From a virus, in the IMG/VR virus record IMGVR_UViG_3300045988_114391, positions 1-30,863 of that record: a stretch of DNA of 30,863 bases; one strand, given 5' to 3'. Each line of letters begins with the position of its first letter. Position 1 is the stretch's first letter. The notes under the pieces were generated by a model, which saw only the letters and a list, made by a program, of their open reading frames with translations, ran no database searches and was not told the origin of the DNA. The position numbers and the translations under genes are program-made. Of the stretch, positions 16,422-27,743 are shown in pieces.

Positions 16422-18545
16422 TTATTCTACAATTAAATATTGTGTATTAGGATCTTTAGTTGATAAACCATCATACTCTGATTGAGTTAGAACAGTAATA
16501 GTATTTATTTGAGGTTGGGTTCCAGTTCCAGCTTCAATATAGTTTCCAGCAGGCTGAATACCTAAATCTGATAAACTCTTATTGCCAGATAACTCAACAG
16601 AATTAATCTGAGGTTTATTTGTTAACTGAGTATAATCGGTAGTCCCTCCACCACCAGATATTTCAAGATTACCTTCTCCTAAAATACTTTCACCATTAAT
16701 AGTCTTTATATTAGTACCAGAAACTAGTTGCTCTTGATAACTATGATAACTAGTATCTGCTGATACTCCAGTTGGAGTAATAGTAGTTTGAACTACAGTA
16801 TGATTAGCTGTAGTACTTTCAAAATGGAAAGTAGCTTGAATATTTTCTCCTGAAACAAAACATACTTCTGGAGCTGCTATATCACCATAACCTAGAATAT
16901 TTACATAATAAAGCTCAAATGGTGTTTTATTAGCTATAGCATTCTTAACCGCAGCAAAATCTCCAGAAAGATGAGCAGTGGAATTTATAAATAGAAATGG
17001 AATATTAGAGCCACTTTCAATTTCTATATTACCTTCTCCAAGTAAAGACTGACTATTGATTGTTTTGATATTAGTTCCACTTACAAGTAAATCTTGTTTA
17101 GTAGCCATCTCTTTATCAAGAGCATCAATCTTGTTTCCATCTTCTTCTTGCTTTGTTTTAATAATTGATATGTCTGAAGTATTAGTTGCTACTTGAGTAG
17201 ATAGAGATTCTACCACAGAAGAATCAGCTTTACCAGCAAGTTCTGTTTTTGTTGCATAATCTCCTACAGGCTGTTTAGTAGCAAGCTGCTCATCAACATA
17301 AGTCTTATCTGCTTTACCTGCTAAATCTCCAGAAACCTCTGCTTCACTTACAAAGTTAGAATCATTAGTAAGCTCACTAATTTTAGTTGGAATATCACTC
17401 TTTAAAGCATAATCACCAACTGGTTGGTATCCAGATAAATCCCAATTATCTTCATTAAAAGCTAATGGAGCTTGTGGAGTAAATACACCTTGCTTAGCTG
17501 CAAGTTTGGCATCTACTTCATCTTTAGTATAGCCTTTATTAGTAAGATCAACCTCAGTAACTTTAACAGTCATATTACCATTATTTACTAAGATTGCATT
17601 AATAACTACTAATGCACCATTATCTTGGAAATAATAACCATATAAATCAATAGTTTCAGGATGTTCAATAGTTGCAACAGGAATAACTATAATATCACCT
17701 TTATATGTAATCTGGCAGAATAAATAGAAGTCCAGATTAGTTCTAATAAAGTCATAGATATGTTTCTGTCTTACAGGATCATTCTCATTTAAATTAAGTA
17801 AGAAATGATTCTCAAAAGCAGAGATTACATTATCTATAATAGATATATTCTTTCCTGCTGTAAGCGTTTCCTGTTTTGAAGCTATCTCTTTATTAATAGC
17901 TGTATTTAAAGCATCAATTTCAGCTTTAGTATATTTATCTGCTAATTGTGCATATAGAGGACCATTAACAATACCAGCTTGATTAGTCTCTGTATTATAT
18001 ATTGGAAGTTCAACTGCTTCTCCAGTTTGATTACCAAATACAGGAGCTAAAGTAACTTTAGATGGGACTGATTGAATATTAATGGCAGGTACTATTGAAG
18101 CTGCTCCAGATAATTCAGTTCCATTTAAAGATGGTTTGTTACGAATAGTATTATAATCTGCAGAAATAGTATTCTCTTCAATTACTATACCGTCACCTTG
18201 AACGAGTGTATTTTGCTTTCCAGCAGTGGCTTCAGTAATCTCTGTAGTTACCTCTTCTTTAGTTGGATAGTCAGCTAGTTTCTCAGTAATCTGATTATCA
18301 ACATCTTCAATAGAAGGAATTCCTAATTCTTTAGAAGGAATATTTCCATTTAATTCAACCCCATTGATTTCAGGCTTAAATTGAAGATCTTGATAGTTAC
18401 TTGATCCTAACTGAGAACCATCCATAACCTTAACTTCATCATCCTTGTCAATAACAATAACTTTAGTCACATTTGACTTATCTATTGTTTCGACTTCAAG
18501 GACATTAAGATAGGGAAGAATTGTCTTTTCAGTTTCGTTTGCCAT
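16422..18545 (-). CDS. Long tail fibre protein
   Basis: 707 codons. Repeated (L)VSGTNIKTIN(G/S)(E/Q)S(I/L)LGEGN(I/L)EI and KP.(I/L)N(G/S)(V/T)EL.G units and coiled-coil spacers. No TGA. Confidence 0.8.
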   Translation of the reverse strand: MANETEKTILPYLNVLEVETIDKSNVTKVIVIDKDDEVKVMDGSQLGSSNYQDLQFKPEINGVELNGNIPSKELGIPSIEDVDNQITEKLADYPTKEEVTTEITEATAGKQNTLVQGDGIVIEENTISADYNTIRNKPSLNGTELSGAASIVPAINIQSVPSKVTLAPVFGNQTGEAVELPIYNTETNQAGIVNGPLYAQLADKYTKAEIDALNTAINKEIASKQETLTAGKNISIIDNVISAFENHFLLNLNENDPVRQKHIYDFIRTNLDFYLFCQITYKGDIIVIPVATIEHPETIDLYGYYFQDNGALVVINAILVNNGNMTVKVTEVDLTNKGYTKDEVDAKLAAKQGVFTPQAPLAFNEDNWDLSGYQPVGDYALKSDIPTKISELTNDSNFVSEAEVSGDLAGKADKTYVDEQLATKQPVGDYATKTELAGKADSSVVESLSTQVATNTSDISIIKTKQEEDGNKIDALDKEMATKQDLLVSGTNIKTINSQSLLGEGNIEIESGSNIPFLFINSTAHLSGDFAAVKNAIANKTPFELYYVNILGYGDIAAPEVCFVSGENIQATFHFESTTANHTVVQTTITPTGVSADTSYHSYQEQLVSGTNIKTINGESILGEGNLEISGGGGTTDYTQLTNKPQINSVELSGNKSLSDLGIQPAGNYIEAGTGTQPQINTITVLTQSEYDGLSTKDPNTQYLIVE

Positions 18546-18598
18546 ATTATTTTTCTATAAAATATAAATTATTCATTATGTGGTATATAAACAAAATA

Positions 18599-18626
18599 AG
18601 GGGCAAGTAAATTAATACTCGCCCCT
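18599..18626 (-). terminator. Intrinsic terminator after the tail-tube gene
   Basis: On the minus strand, aggggcgagta-ttaatt-tacttgcccct followed by tattttgttt. Confidence 0.75.
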
Positions 18627-18636
18627 CTTTCTGTTA

Positions 18637-19161
18637 TTAAGCACCTACAACGCTTTGGATAGCTTCTGCAGATAACTCATAAGGATAAGAATCTGAATCT
18701 GTTGAAAGTGTCAGAGTATAAGCATTCTGATCACCTTTAGCAGTACCAGTAACACCCGTACCAGCGGAAGCGCTTACATAATCATCTTTACCTAAGAACC
18801 AATACTTACCATTGCTATCTTCAACAACAACTGCAAGCTGACCAATTGATAAAGCTGCAATCTCTACTCGTTTTGCTGTTTCCATCTTTGTAAATACAAG
18901 AGCAAGCTCATTACTTACATAATTAACACCAGCACTTTCATCTACATTTAAAGTTGAGGTTAGAGAACCAGTAGCCTTTCTAAATTGGTAGTTATACCAT
19001 TTAGCTGAAGACTCAAGAGTAATAGCTGAAATCATATTGCTCTCAGGATCAACCGTTACACTTTTAACATCTGCATACTGGGTAATCCATACCTGTTTGA
19101 TTCCACCCAATGAAGGTTGGCAATCAAGTGTGATTCCTGCGATAGTTATTAAACAAGCCAT
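18637..19161 (-). CDS. Major tail (tube) protein candidate
   Basis: GGIKQVWITQYADVKS...IAALSIGQLAVVVEDSNGKYWFLGKDDYVSASAGTGVTGTAKGDQNAYTLTLS resembles siphovirus tail-tube families. Follows the capsid gene. Confidence 0.6.
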   Translation of the reverse strand: MACLITIAGITLDCQPSLGGIKQVWITQYADVKSVTVDPESNMISAITLESSAKWYNYQFRKATGSLTSTLNVDESAGVNYVSNELALVFTKMETAKRVEIAALSIGQLAVVVEDSNGKYWFLGKDDYVSASAGTGVTGTAKGDQNAYTLTLSTDSDSYPYELSAEAIQSVVGA

Positions 19162-19201
19162 AATTTCAATATCATTTAGAAGTTAATAAAATCTATTGAA
19201 A

Positions 19202-20119
19202 TTAAGCCTTGGCACCTAATACTACTTCGTCAGGGAAAGCAACTTGTACACCAGCGTTAAATTCAATAGCTAATCTGAACTCGCGGAAATCCTGTGAATA
19301 CCACAATTCGAATTTCTCTTCATCGTTCATCATATCTACACCATAGAAGAAGTTCTTGTCTAACTGACCAGCAACAATCTTATCAGTTCCATTAAGACCA
19401 TTAACAGCAATAACCTTAACCTGCGAACCAGGAAGATAAATCTCACCATCAAGGCTTTCTCCGCTATAGTGGAAATAGTTCTTCTCAACAAGTTCGTTTA
19501 CGAACTTACGGAACATATCAGCACCAACAAGAATAGAAGCACCATCAAGAACCTTCTCAGGAATTGCATTATAAACTGCCATAATGTCAGTATAGGCAGA
19601 TGTTCCAGCAATTGTTACATCAACAACACCATCAGCAGCACCATCAGCAGCACCAAGGATCTTTAACAGACCATCAAAATACTTCAGGTTATTAGTTTCT
19701 GAAGCCGTATCACCCTGCCAGATAGCTATCTCAATAGCCTCTTTTACGTTCTCTACAACAGCATTTACGAAATCCTCTTCAAAAGGAAGAGTCTTCTGAC
19801 CAGCGGCTACCTTAACTGCATACTGAGTCCAGTATTTCAGCATAGCCTTATCGCAATATGCCATATTAATCTTAATATTACCAGTCTTAAGAATTCTCTG
19901 AGAAAGAGTCTGAGTTCCAGACTCATCCCAACCACAAGTAAGACCATCACCGAACTGAACATCGGTAGATAACAGGTTAAGAGCAGCATCAGTTTTAATA
20001 TCTGTCTGAAGATTAAATAAACTTGCACTCTTAGCTTTTAAAACCGCTTCCTTAATAAGAGGGAGACGTCTTTGCTCCACATAAGCAGGAAGAGTTGTCA
20101 TTACAGGACTATTTGCCAT
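19202..20119 (-). CDS. Major capsid protein (HK97-fold type)
   Basis: 305 aa directly after the protease and scaffold genes. Sequence pattern (IWQGDT...YFDGLLK..., C-terminal FELWYSQDFREFRLAIEFNAGVQVAFPD) resembles HK97-like capsid families. Confidence 0.75.
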   Translation of the reverse strand: MANSPVMTTLPAYVEQRRLPLIKEAVLKAKSASLFNLQTDIKTDAALNLLSTDVQFGDGLTCGWDESGTQTLSQRILKTGNIKINMAYCDKAMLKYWTQYAVKVAAGQKTLPFEEDFVNAVVENVKEAIEIAIWQGDTASETNNLKYFDGLLKILGAADGAADGVVDVTIAGTSAYTDIMAVYNAIPEKVLDGASILVGADMFRKFVNELVEKNYFHYSGESLDGEIYLPGSQVKVIAVNGLNGTDKIVAGQLDKNFFYGVDMMNDEEKFELWYSQDFREFRLAIEFNAGVQVAFPDEVVLGAKA

Positions 20120-20140
20120 AATTATTTAAAATTTTATAAA

Positions 20141-20746
20141 TTAACCAATAAAGTTTTTAAGCTTTCTATCTATTTCTGCTATCCCACTTATAGGAGCAGT
20201 TGTTTTATTTTCAAGTGTTTCCTCTGCTGAAAAAGCAGCACTCATTTTGCTCATCTTTTCAACCGTCTTTTCTGTAGCTTCAGATTTACCCTCTAATTCA
20301 GCTACTTTCTTAACAAGCTTATCTACAATATCGTAAAGCTCATTAATTTCGCGATGAATAGCGTCGATTGCATCAGTCTCAGTTTCTTTAACACCGTCTG
20401 TTTCAACAGCAGGATCAGTAACTTCCTCAGCTTTTACTTTCTTAGTTCCACAAGCAGCATCAACCTCAACAGTTCTCATACCCTCTTCAGGATCAACCTC
20501 AGCTTTAGGATCAGTAATGGACTCTACTTTACCGTCTTTAACAACAATCGTTTTGCCATCTTCGGTAACATACTCACCATCAGCAGCAGGTGCATATTCG
20601 CCATTTTCATCAGCTACATAAACATCCATACCTTCTCTCAGATCCTCATCTGAATCCCAAGTAAGCACAGCCTTGTCAGTTTTAACATCACTGAACTTTG
20701 CAAGCATCTTAGCTAACTCAAGTTTAATTTTTGTGAATTTACTCAT
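20141..20746 (-). CDS. Scaffolding protein candidate
   Basis: Highly acidic, helical 201-aa protein between the protease and capsid genes. Confidence 0.6.
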   Translation of the reverse strand: MSKFTKIKLELAKMLAKFSDVKTDKAVLTWDSDEDLREGMDVYVADENGEYAPAADGEYVTEDGKTIVVKDGKVESITDPKAEVDPEEGMRTVEVDAACGTKKVKAEEVTDPAVETDGVKETETDAIDAIHREINELYDIVDKLVKKVAELEGKSEATEKTVEKMSKMSAAFSAEETLENKTTAPISGIAEIDRKLKNFIG

Positions 20747-20752
20747 AATTAA

Positions 20753-21346
20753 TTAATGTTTAACTCTTTTTATTTTTCTCAACATTTTTTGAATCTCTTT
20801 AAGTTCCTCATATTCATCAGATTGTCTTTCTAAAGTAAACAATCCCTCAATAGAGAACCCTTTAAACTTGCCAGCTTTAATTGCATCCCATATAACAGGA
20901 TTATTTACTTTATAAGTAGCAAATAATGAACCATCTGGACAATCAGCAAATTCAACTGGATTAATTCCTCTATCTATATCTTTAATATATAGTTCTTGAA
21001 GAATTATTCCAGGAATTACTGAATCTTCCAAATGTTCAATATTTACATCAGTAGTTCTCTTATCATACATCATTTTTTCAGCCATTAAACGGAGAGTTTC
21101 TTTATCATATTGAATATAATATTCTCCGTTTTTACTATCCCGTCTAAATATAGGTATATCACATACCATTAAACAAGAAGTAACTATATGTTTTTCTTCA
21201 TCCATCGAGAACTTCTGAGATTCCCCAAAAGCAAGCCAATTAACTTGGGTTGCAGGTTTACTGGTCAATGCTACGAACTCTATTCCATCACAATCATCAG
21301 CAATAATTGCTTGATATAATGGAAGATCATTATACATTTTTTCCAT
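20753..21346 (-). CDS. XkdF-like putative prohead protease
   Basis: VNIEHLEDSVIPGIILQELYI...GSLFATYKVNNPVIWDAIKAGKFKGFSIEG matches the XkdF-type domain pattern as I recall it. Lies upstream of the scaffold and capsid genes. Confidence 0.6.
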   Translation of the reverse strand: MEKMYNDLPLYQAIIADDCDGIEFVALTSKPATQVNWLAFGESQKFSMDEEKHIVTSCLMVCDIPIFRRDSKNGEYYIQYDKETLRLMAEKMMYDKRTTDVNIEHLEDSVIPGIILQELYIKDIDRGINPVEFADCPDGSLFATYKVNNPVIWDAIKAGKFKGFSIEGLFTLERQSDEYEELKEIQKMLRKIKRVKH

Positions 21347-21425
21347 TTTTTATTAATATATAAGCTATTTTAAAAATGTAATATTGTTACAATCTTTTAT
21401 TTTTATATATTTATATACTATCAAA

Positions 21426-21474
21426 TGTCAAGTTTTTTACTCAAATTTGTATCTAAGATAAATAAATTTTGACA
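21426..21474 (+). repeat. Intergenic element, copy S3
   Basis: TGTCAAGTTTTTTACTCAA-atttgtatc-TAAGATAAATAAATT-TTGACA. Confidence 0.8.
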
Positions 21475-21477
21475 TAG

Positions 21478-21521
21478 CACTACTATATAAGCACTGATAA
21501 TCAGCAACTTACATAGTAGTG
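21478..21521. other. Stem-loop between element copies S3 and S3b
   Basis: cactactat (21478..21486) pairs with atagtagtg (21513..21521). The loop holds a small ctga-taa-tcag hairpin. Confidence 0.6.
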
Positions 21522-21540
21522 TGTCATAAATTTTACTCAC
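21522..21540 (+). repeat. Half copy (head only) of the intergenic element, S3b
   Basis: TGTCATAAATTTTACTCAC versus the head TGTCAAGTTTTTTACTCAC. It abuts the stop codon at 21542. Confidence 0.6.
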
Positions 21541-21541
21541 T

Positions 21542-24301
21542 TTAGAAACTTGCATTTGATTCTGTAACTGCAACTTTAGTTTGAGCTGAAGTAATGTCAG
21601 ATTCAACAACATAACACTTAACAGGTTCATTTAAAAGGTCAGTTTCTTTATCTCCAAGTAAGTTTCGAGTATATTCTACAGGAGCAGTATTTAAAGCAGC
21701 AGGTGCTGCAATAGATGCAGAAGCAGAAGATGCAGATGCTCCACTAGTTTCGTCTACTTCCCAGATCTTTTTAACATTAGCTATACCAGCTGCAATTGCT
21801 GCAGCAGCGGCGGCAGCACCTAAAGCTGGACCTACAACTGGAATACCAGCCATTGCAGAATAAGCACTGTTAGCTGCACTATATGTATCAATTAAAGCTT
21901 GAGCTGTTGCGAATCCTTTACCTACTTTACTTTCCTCTCCTCATATAGTTGCCATACTTCCTGCAACCTTTGATGCTAGATCAAGGCGAGCTTTTATAGA
22001 TTCTTGATATTGCTTATTAACATTTTCTCTAACTTTGTTTTTCTTATTTTCTCTGTCTATTTCATTTTCAGTTAATTGCTCATCAATAGAATCTAATTCT
22101 AGTTTAATAAGTTTTCTCTGATCAGCTGTTAAAGTCTCATTTTCTAATTGTTTTAATAGAAAAGACTTCTGCTCCTCCAATCTTGTTTTTATTTGATTAT
22201 GATATTTATCTATAGAACCTTCTTCAGTATCTGTTCCTAATAAACGATCTTTATATCCCTCTATGTCTTTTTTGCTTGAATAAGAGAACTCACCACTTAA
22301 TCCAAATATTTTGGCAAATCCTTGTGTATATTGAGTTTTAGGAATTTCTAAAGATGTATCTTTTATATCATACCTTGCCTCGCGCATTCTTTTTAACTCA
22401 GTCTGCAGATCATCTCAAGCTTTATCCGCAGCACTTTTTCTTGCATTTTCTTCATCTTCTCTAGCTTTATCTCTAATTTTCTTCAGCTCTTCTTGATGCC
22501 AAGCCTCAACTTCTTCAATACTTCTATTATTTTTAATAGCTAGTGCTAATAGTCTAATATATTCATCTTCAAGTTCATCTACTGGGTCTTTATCCTCTAA
22601 TCTCTTTTGAAGCCATTCATCAAATTCATTTATTACCTTCTTAGCTTCAGTAGTGTTCTTTGTAATAGTTGGAATATTAAAGAACCCACCATACTTTTTA
22701 TTAGTATCTGCTACATCCTCAAATAGCTTTTTAATCCTTTTCTCAATGTCTTTATTTAAATCATCCAACTGTTTATAAGTATTCTCTTTATTTTGCTTTG
22801 TATACTCATAAATTGTATTTGAATAATCTTTTCAGAACATTGCTGTAGCTTTAAAAGCCTGCCAAGCAGATGCCTCTCCAAAGCTTGTATCAGAAATTTG
22901 ATTCTCCAGTTCAGTACGTTTATTTAAATACTCCTCATAAAGCTTAATTGCAGCCTGTTCAATAGCCTGAGCTTTTGCTCTTGCAGTTAATGCTTCTACA
23001 TAATTACCAGTATTATTTACAAACGCATCTTCTGCAGTCTTTACATTAGTAATATTTAAACCAGTCTCTTTAATCTTATCGGAATATTGCTCTATAAACT
23101 TACGCTTAGCATCTGCAGAATCTCCAACCCTTTCGTAAGCTATTTGTAACTCTCTAAAGATAGCTATAGATTTAGAAGCAATCTGATTAGTAGTATCTGT
23201 AATAGACTTTCTAAATTCAGCAGCCTCCTTTTCAGCTGATTTTATTGAGGATATATACTCTATTATCTTATTAATAGCTACTCCAATAGCTGTAGCTAAT
23301 GCAATTCATACAGTTACATTACCAATAGTTTTAAGTGCAGTTTTAACTTTACCTACTCCAGAAGCAGCTTGTTCTGAAGCTTCAGCCATTGCTTTCTGAG
23401 CCTCTGCCCCTTTTCGCAAAGTTGGAATGCCTTTTTCTACATTTTCCTTTAATTCAGCAAGATCTACACCTAAACGTTTAGCAGCTTTCTGCATTCTCTC
23501 TGCTGGAGTTCCAGTCTCTTTTGCTGCTTCCTTTAAAAATTCAGCAACTGTAGTAAATGTAGGTTTTACTTCTTCAAAGGACTTTTTTGCAGTTTCTCCT
23601 AATTTACCTATAATCGGAATCGTATTAGATACACTCTTATTAGTAGCAGATATTTCAGCAGGAGTGCCCATTACTCCTTGAATCATACCTCCTTTAAAAT
23701 TAATATTGGTGCCTTCTAAATCCTTGACTACTTTAGAGATATTACCTAATTCAGTTCCAACATTACCAACAGATGTGCCAATGCCATTAAGCTTAGATGC
23801 ATCAATCTGATTAAGATTTTTGGCAGCATTATTCAACCCTGTATTAAATGGAGAGATAAAATCAGTTAATTTCTTAAACCAATTACCTAAAGTAGGCAAT
23901 TCTTCTAATAAATCTTTTATACCTCCCACACCTTGAACTAAAGCAATAGTAGATTGTAACTTAACCATTACTTTATTTAAATCTTCTGATTCTTTCCCAA
24001 ATAAAGTAATAGCAGCAGTTGCAGCTCCATATCCACTGGCCAAACCAGTGGATATTTTAGCTACACTTTCAAACCTTTGAGCAGTAGTTCTTGAAGATCT
24101 TGCTATCTGCTCATTAATTTTATTGAATTCTGATTGTCTCTTACCAAGTAATGAAAGAGTTTCATTATATTCCTTAGTACCAATCTCTAAATCATTCAGC
24201 GAATTAGTTAATGCATCAATATCTTTCTTTAAAGAGTTTATTGACTTATTACTTGACTTAGTATCAATACTAATAACCTTTTTAATTTCTGTTTGTGCCA
24301 T
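21542..24301 (-). CDS. Tape-measure-like protein, 919 aa (four in-frame TGA)
   Basis: Track ORFs 23306..24301, 22415..22768, 21941..22387 and 21542..21853 share one frame. I translated all gaps and found only TGA (23306, 22832, 22415, 21941). Long coiled coils, and a Gly/Ala hydrophobic segment GIPVVGPALGAAAAAAAIAAGI near the C-terminus. Confidence 0.7.
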
Positions 24302-27300
24302 TAGATTGTAATATTTTTAACAGTATCTTCTGTTAGTGTTAAATTCTCTGTATATTTAACTGTTCCTGTAGGTCCATCAGTCACTTCAAATTTAAACTGA
24401 ACACCTTTTTGAGCATATATTCTATAATTTCCATTATCCTGCATATAAGCCACATTCAAGAAGTTATCGTTTTCTGTAAGTATCTGATTTACCCCAGTTG
24501 GTATAGTGCCACTTGGAGTTTCTAATTTGCCTGTAATAAGAACAGCTTTATTTGGGTCTGGAGTTTGAGTAAACATACATTTAGGACCATCTACGCCTCC
24601 TTGTTTATAAAGACTAAAGTAGAAACTCCTTTGATTATATTTAGTATTCTCATTATAAGTAACTGTTAATTCTGTTTCTCCAGGTTGCCCAGATTCAGGT
24701 GTAATGCTTACAATTTCATTTGGACTATATCATCCTAATTCTCAAGGAATATTAGAAGTAACTGTAATCTTTTTAGTCCCAGCTTTATAATCTACAACTG
24801 GATCTGAATCATCAAATGATATATATTCACCTAGATTTTGAACTCCAGCTAAATAACTATTAATATCTTGAACTTTAATAAATTCGCATCTAACTGTAGA
24901 ATCTGAATTAATATCATAAGCATCAATCTTATTAAGTATCCAGTAAGAATCTTCAAAATAATAGAACTGTCTAAGTAAATCATACTTAACATCTAAATCA
25001 TCCAATCTTACAAAGCAGGCAACTTTTTTAGTATTTACATCAAATTGATCATTATAAAATTCACTCCAGAATCTACTATATAAAGTAGATTGTTCTAAAT
25101 AACTAACTTTATCAATGTATATTTCTCTTGGAACCCCAAAATCTCAAGATGAAGATATAAAATTACTAGAAATAGTGTATCTTATAAATTGTGGTAATAT
25201 GTTTCTTCTAATAGCTATTTTTTGTCCTGCAGAATTATTTTCACTATTAGTATAGATATAACAAGGTTCTCCATCATTAAGAACTGACATTTCTGTAACA
25301 TCATCAGTAATCCAATAATAAATAGGATTACCATTTATATCTTTCATATTAACATCATCATTATAAAATAATAAAGTACTTTTTATCTCTTCAAGACTTT
25401 GTTCATTATTATCTAATGTATAAAAACAAGTTTTTGCAAATATATCATTTCCAGGAACATCCCACCATTCTGTAGTCTTACCTTGGTCTATAAAATTAGC
25501 TCCATATAAATCCTGATCATTAGTCTTTACTTCTGTAGAAGTTCTATTAAATAAACTATATGTAATATTATCATTCATAAATGCGGGTACATAAGTATTT
25601 CCAGAATTAAAGAAATTTCTAAAATACTTATCTGCATCTCTTGCTGATACTACATTTTGAAATATATTTCCAGAATATAAATCAGTATTATCACTATTAA
25701 AATTATATCCAGTGTTTAATCTTTGCTGACCATAATCTATATCATATTGTCTATCATATTTCTTGGCATAATATGTTTCTGGAGTTTCTAATGACATAGT
25801 ATATCACTTCTTATCAAATAATATTGGATTTACATTGAAGTCTTTAGAATAATCAATCCTTTTACTCCAATCAAAGATTATATTCTTAAAGAAATTATTT
25901 CTAGTATATATTCTAATTGTTTTACTATCAATATCTTTTGTAAAATACAATCCAAATAGTTTTGCATAACTTAATAAGTAATCAACAGGAGATTGTTCTG
26001 TCTTTAATAATTTCTGCTTAGTAATTAAAGCATCGGAAGTAACTGTTGAGGGCCAAGAAGCTTTTAATGTATACTGATCTTCATCATATAAAAATTCTGA
26101 CCATCCAGCAACTCTATTTGCTGTGACATTATTAGGATGCATATTATCTGATTGTCATACTGCATCTTGATTGTATAAACTCTCAGTTCTTCTTGCAATT
26201 TGTATATTCACTAAAATCTTATTAACTTTAGGCATATCTTTTACAGTAAATCTGAAAGTATTAGTATTATTATCACTTTTAAAATAATACCTATTTCCAC
26301 TATCTTTTACAAAGTGACCAAAAATAGCTTCTACAGGTGCATCAGTTAATGGATAATAATTAAACCAAGTTCCAGGTCCTGATTGAACTTGAGTGTTTAT
26401 CTTATTTGTAAAGTTATATAAAGGAGAGTATGCTATAGGTCTACTAGGAGATGAAGTATCTTCAGCATCATATATCAATATCTGTGCTGTTACTGATGTT
26501 CTGTAAGGATCATTCCTATAATCTGTATTTCCAGCTCTTCCGTTCCTTACATAAGATAAATATAAATCATTACCTGCTGAAACATTTGCATTATAAAATA
26601 GCTGAAAATCAACATTAATATTAACAAGAGTATTAGCAGGAGTTGCAGATAAATCAATTACTTGGCCTTCCCCAGGAACTATTACATCACTCCCTGTAAC
26701 ACTAAATCTACCCCAGTTTACTGAAGTAGTTGTTCCTCCAGGTTTTAATCCACACCAAAACAAATCATTATATTTAGTAAGTTTAGCATTCTCTGTAATA
26801 TTATCTGATTCTTCATCTTCAGTAGATCCTAATAAAGGTAATGCAACAAACGCTTTATTTCAATATGGATTTGAATAATTAAAGAAACTATCATCAAATA
26901 TCACATCATATCCAGAATTCTCTTTTCTACATATAGTTTCTATTAACTTACTTAATTTTAATGCTGGCCTTTGCATATAACTTCTAAGATCTCTCATCTC
27001 CCATTCTGTATATGCTCTATTTAATTTAGCTAATCCATATCCATTATAAGGTGTGTATGTAGTTCCTGAATCGGTCTTACTAGTAGGAAATAAATTATCT
27101 CCATTAGTATTTATTAAACAAGTTTCATTATCAAAGTTTTCATATAAACCGTTATATGCAGGAATAAATGTTAAAAAATCATAAATTTGACTTCCGTCAT
27201 TTACTTTACTCCAATTAAAACAAGTATTTACAAAATCTTTATTAATGTGGAAATTCATTTCAGTATCGGTAGGAAGTACATTACCATCCTCATCAGTTAC

Positions 27301-27741
27301 AAAGTATTGTAAATCAGCTAGAGTTCTAATAGTGCCATCTTCTTTATATTTAAGTCCATAAAAGAAATCTCCCAATCCTCCATATAAAGTAATATTATAA
27401 GTAATAACTGCTTGCTTTATAGAGATGCTATTTAACTGCATATATCCTGATTCAACTAAATATCCATTATTATAGATTCCAAAGTCAACTCTTTTTGAAG
27501 GATCAAAATATACGCCAGAGAAATTACCTTCTTTTATATGGAGAAATCTATCTAACTTATAAATCTCTCCAAAAATCTTATTATTGTTTTTGTCTCCTGG
27601 AATGCTTATAGTCTTACTGAATGAATTTTTTACTATTGTTGGATTCTGAAAATCTTCTACAGTATAAGTCATTGGTAATGATATGCCTTCAGAACAATGT
27701 ACTTCTTTTCCTGCAATAAATAATTTAATATTCTTTCTCAT
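24301..27741 (-). CDS. Large tail/baseplate-type structural protein, 1146 aa (six in-frame TGA) with a C-terminal Ig/BACON-like module
   Basis: Six track ORFs (26860..27741, 26155..26763, 25804..26142, 25144..25797, 24742..25005, 24301..24576) are in one frame and are linked only by TGA. Segment ITPESGQPGETELTVTYNENT...RSFYFSL is Ig-like. The TAA stop overlaps the next ATG. Confidence 0.65.
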
Positions 27742-27743
27742 AA

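Noticed and set aside
18546-18600. A possible Bacteroidota-type promoter upstream of the long fibre gene (TTTG, 20 nt, TAATTTAT on the minus strand)
   Set aside because: The -7 box deviates at the two most conserved positions (TTAT instead of TTTG). In DNA this AT-rich, such a partial match is expected by chance.
19469-24311. Track ORFs 19469..19666, 19837..20028, 20354..20653, 21421..21630, 23427..23681 and 24123..24311
   Set aside because: Each is either antisense or out of frame within well-supported capsid, scaffold or tape-measure-like genes, or (21421..21630) spans the intergenic elements. None has a recognisable motif.
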